This document shows positions 53,116 to 56,299 of a DNA stretch of 56,299 nt, in pieces. The stretch's first letter is position 1, and each line of letters starts with the position of its first letter. The notes beneath the pieces are model-generated. The model was not told the origin of the DNA and did not search any database. It saw only the letters and a program-made list of their open reading frames with translations. The translations under genes were made by a program, and so were the position numbers. Source of the DNA: Octopus bimaculoides (Eukaryota); contig NC_068981.1 of NCBI RefSeq assembly GCF_001194135.2, forward strand, positions 42,805,344 to 42,861,642, written 5' to 3'.

Positions 53116-53829
53116 GATCTCAAATCATGAAAGCTAGGAGATCACATGTTGGGGTACACGTTGAAAATTTTGACCGGACACCCCTGAATCAAGGACCAAG
53201 ATGTTCTTTTTCAAGAAACGACTGATGCTGGATTGAATAACCCCTGTCATCATATAACTGTTATAACGAAAATAACAAAACCAGGCAAGAGGTGAGAGTT
53301 TGTTACATTTCTAGTTATTGCATTCTCTTATATTAGCGATGCTCAATTAAGCTTAACTCCAAGTAAAAAAATAACAAAGAAAGCCATTTGTAAATCTCGT
53401 CAAGCCTGGGAGCTGATGTGATGTTTGATCAGCTATATAGCTAACAATTGGTATTGCCATGCAATTGCGAAATGCAATAGACTTATTCTAACAACAAGAA
53501 ACCTTAGGTTTTTAGATGAATCACTGACTGCGCTTTATATGCACGTTACCTTCCGATGTCGAGTAATCTTTCTTTCGTTCAGCCTTTAAGTCACACAGTC
53601 CCCCTACAAACACATACGCGCGTGCGCGCATGCACACACACACACACACACACACACACTCTCTCTTTGTCTCTCTCTCATACTCGTACGTACACTCATC
53701 CATATGTAAATATATGTATGTATATATATTTGATATTTTTTATATTCATATCATATATATTCATGTGGGAGACGAATGGTAGAACTAAATATATTCCTTT
53801 GGGATAAAACACCCCAAACTCTTAATAAA

Positions 53830-54480
53830 TTCTTGCTATATCCCAAGCAAAAGTAACGCTAAAATTTGTCTTTCAGTGAAACCCTCACAATGAGGGTGAA
53901 GACAAAAATACAAACAATTATTCCATTTGTAGTCATTCAAAATCTTGGAGACCATAACACCTTACATTCGCCCAAACTGATATCTTGCGAATTCTACATC
54001 AATCATTTTACCTCAGAAAAATAATTAAAGAATCACAAATTATCAACAGCCACTAAATCTCAAAAGACTCCTAACAAAGGCGAGATTCATACGAAAGATA
54101 GAAATAATGCAAGTGACAAACTGTGGAGATCCTCGTTATGGGTGGCACGAAATAATTAAACAAAGAGCAACCAAATGATTGAAGAATGAGGAGGAATTGA
54201 ATGTTAATACAAATGTAAATTGTAAAACAACACATCTCATTTACTGCATCACTTGCTCACAAGGCAGTGACAATTATATCGGCCAAACAAGATCAAAATT
54301 AATACATCAGATTAGGGATAATAAGCAACTAAACAAAGATTCATCTCTTGGAAGTGTTCCATTTTGTAAACACCAAGACATTTGTGCAATTGGAAAATTC
54401 AAAATATATTCTCTTTTTCAAAATAACGGAAGAAAATGATCACGAAGGAAAGTAAAAAGATTAATAATTTATAAGAATTC
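53830..54480 (+). mobile_element. Penelope-like GIY-YIG endonuclease fragment (Neptune-like C-terminal region)
   Basis: IIPFV, TKARF...VTNCGDPR, NVNCKTTHLIYCITCSQGSDNYIGQT...FCKHQDICA...FKIY (ORF 54179..54439). Confidence 0.85.
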
Positions 54481-54739
54481 TAAATCACAAACTAAACCAG
54501 AAATGGTCAACATCAGTATTAAAAATAACTTTCTCTATACAGATTACACCATAAAATGTTCGTTTGAAAAGCAATAAACAACGAATACGCTAAACACCAT
54601 ATTACGAAAACTTCCTTCTGAACGGTTCATGTCATACTGTTTCTTTAAATTGGTTTTATATTATCAGTAATGTTTAATTTGAGTATTATGGAGATGTACT
54701 TGCATAGCAAGTGACTTGATATGAGATCGTGTGTTAAAA

Positions 54740-55510
54740 CAAAAACAATTGCAACGTGGAAGATGTTTATAAGCCATTTAAGAATACTTACCTCAAGCAA
54801 CTCATTTCTAAATTTACTGACTTCACCCAAAGAATTCGTTGGATAGCCTACCACCACGACAGAAAGCTTAAACGACTCTCGATACTAGTACCAATGCCAC
54901 TGCCAACACCAATACCAACAACAACAACATGGACGATAAGGATTTTACCACTAGAATTTTCAGAACTAGGAAAACGCTGCCGCCAAAAAGTCACCTTGAA
55001 GCTTTTGAAAATGAACTCTGGTCTTTAATTAAGGACATTAAGTTCAAGAACCAATCCCTTAGGCACAAAAAGTACCAAAGGAAGCTTAAGGATTTAGTTC
55101 TTGATCTAAAATCCAAGAAAGGAATAATAGTGCACTCAGACAAAACACGAAACACCTATAACATGAACATTGTCACTTACCATGAACTTATTCACCGTGA
55201 AATCCTTAAAAATATAAAGTAGTCCCTAGGAGTACCCTCCAAACAATCAACGTAGAGGCCAAAAAGATTATGTTAGAGTATAATATTGATGACCAGACTG
55301 AACCATGTACACCGATTAGACCACATTTAACTATTAAGGACCATAAAGATAATTATCTACGTAACTTCCAGGTTAGATTAATATGGCCCAACAAGTCAGA
55401 GGTAGGTAAGCTAAGCAAAGCAATCATGGATAAGTATATACCAACCCTTAAGAAAAAGATTAAACTGGAGTTATGGACAAACACTCAAAGCGCAATAGAA
55501 CGGCTCTCTA
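54740..55510 (+). mobile_element. Penelope-like element, 5' part of the RT ORF, frameshifted
   Basis: RIRWIAY; PPKSHLEAFENELWSLIKDIKF; HSDKTRNTY; LTIKDHKDNY...VRLIWPNKSEVGKLSKAIMD...WTNTQSAI; cut off by the satellite at 55511. Confidence 0.85.
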
Positions 55511-56299
55511 ACATATGTATGTACGTACGTACCTATGTACGCAGGTACGAAAGTATGTACATGCGTACGTAGGTACATTCGTACGTACGTAGGTATGTAT
55601 GTACGTACGTAGATACGTATGTAGGTACGTACATAGGTATGTATGTACGTACATACGTAGATATGTATGTACGTACGTATGTGTGTACATGCGTACGTAC
55701 GCAGGTAAGTATGTGCCTACATACGTAGATATGTACGTAGATAGTACGTAGGTATGTACGTATGTACGTATGTGTGTACGTACGTAGGTATGTATGTACG
55801 TAGGTACGTACGTACGTATATAGGGATGTATGTACTTACGTACGTATGTACGTAGGTATGTATGTACGTTCGCACGTAGGTATGTACGTTCGTTGGTATG
55901 TATGTACGTAGGTACGTACGCATGCATGTATATACGTACGTAAGTATGTATGTATGTACGTATGCACCTAGGTATCTCCGTACGTACGTACGTACGTACC
56001 TAGGTATGTAGGTAGGTATGTACTTGCGTACATAGGTGCGCATGTACGTAGGTACATACATACGTTCGTAGGTATGTACGTACGTTCCGGGGTATGTAAG
56101 TACGTAAGTACTTATTTACGTACGTACTTACATATGAACGTACGTACGTAGGTAGGAAGGTACGTACGTAGGTATGTATGTACGTACGTACGTACGTTCC
56201 TACGTAGGTAGATAGTTAGGTACGTAGGTACGTACGTAGGTGCGAAGATACCTACGTAGCTACGTAGGTATGTACTTATGGACGTATGGACGTAAGTAG
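55511..56299. repeat. Complex TACG/TATG/TAGG tetranucleotide satellite running to the window end
   Basis: Read directly. Confidence 0.95.

Noticed and set aside
55508-56061. Y/V/R/T-rich ORFs
   Set aside because: Translation of the tetranucleotide satellite.

Overview
AT-rich, microsatellite-dense eukaryotic DNA with five assembly gaps. The SINE families and repeat landscape look like an octopus/cephalopod genome (inference from recognising repeat motifs, no database search). I found no host protein-coding gene, rRNA, true tRNA gene or CRISPR array that I can support; the window reads as intergenic or intronic. Explainable content is mostly decayed mobile DNA: about ten fragments of R4/Dong-like RLE non-LTR retrotransposons, four RTE LINE remnants, CR1- and Jockey/I-like remnants, three Penelope-like (PLE) fragments, one mariner, one Helentron-type non-autonomous element and about ten tRNA-derived SINE copies (four with target-site duplications). 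Most long ORFs in the track are microsatellite or N-gap artefacts. Best leads: (1) a ~760 bp R4/Dong derivative keeping both termini but lacking nearly the whole ORF (SIDE-like), head-to-tail with another R4/Dong 3' end inside trinucleotide arrays; (2) a PLE GIY-YIG fragment directly upstream of a PLE RT fragment, plus complementary PLE halves in opposite orientations that one ~4.7 kb inversion could explain; (3) head/tail module swapping among the SINEs; (4) a self-complementary TACG-rich satellite; (5) weak micro-exon candidates. Element boundaries are by eye (about +/-30 bp unless a TSD is given) and family names come from remembered protein motifs.
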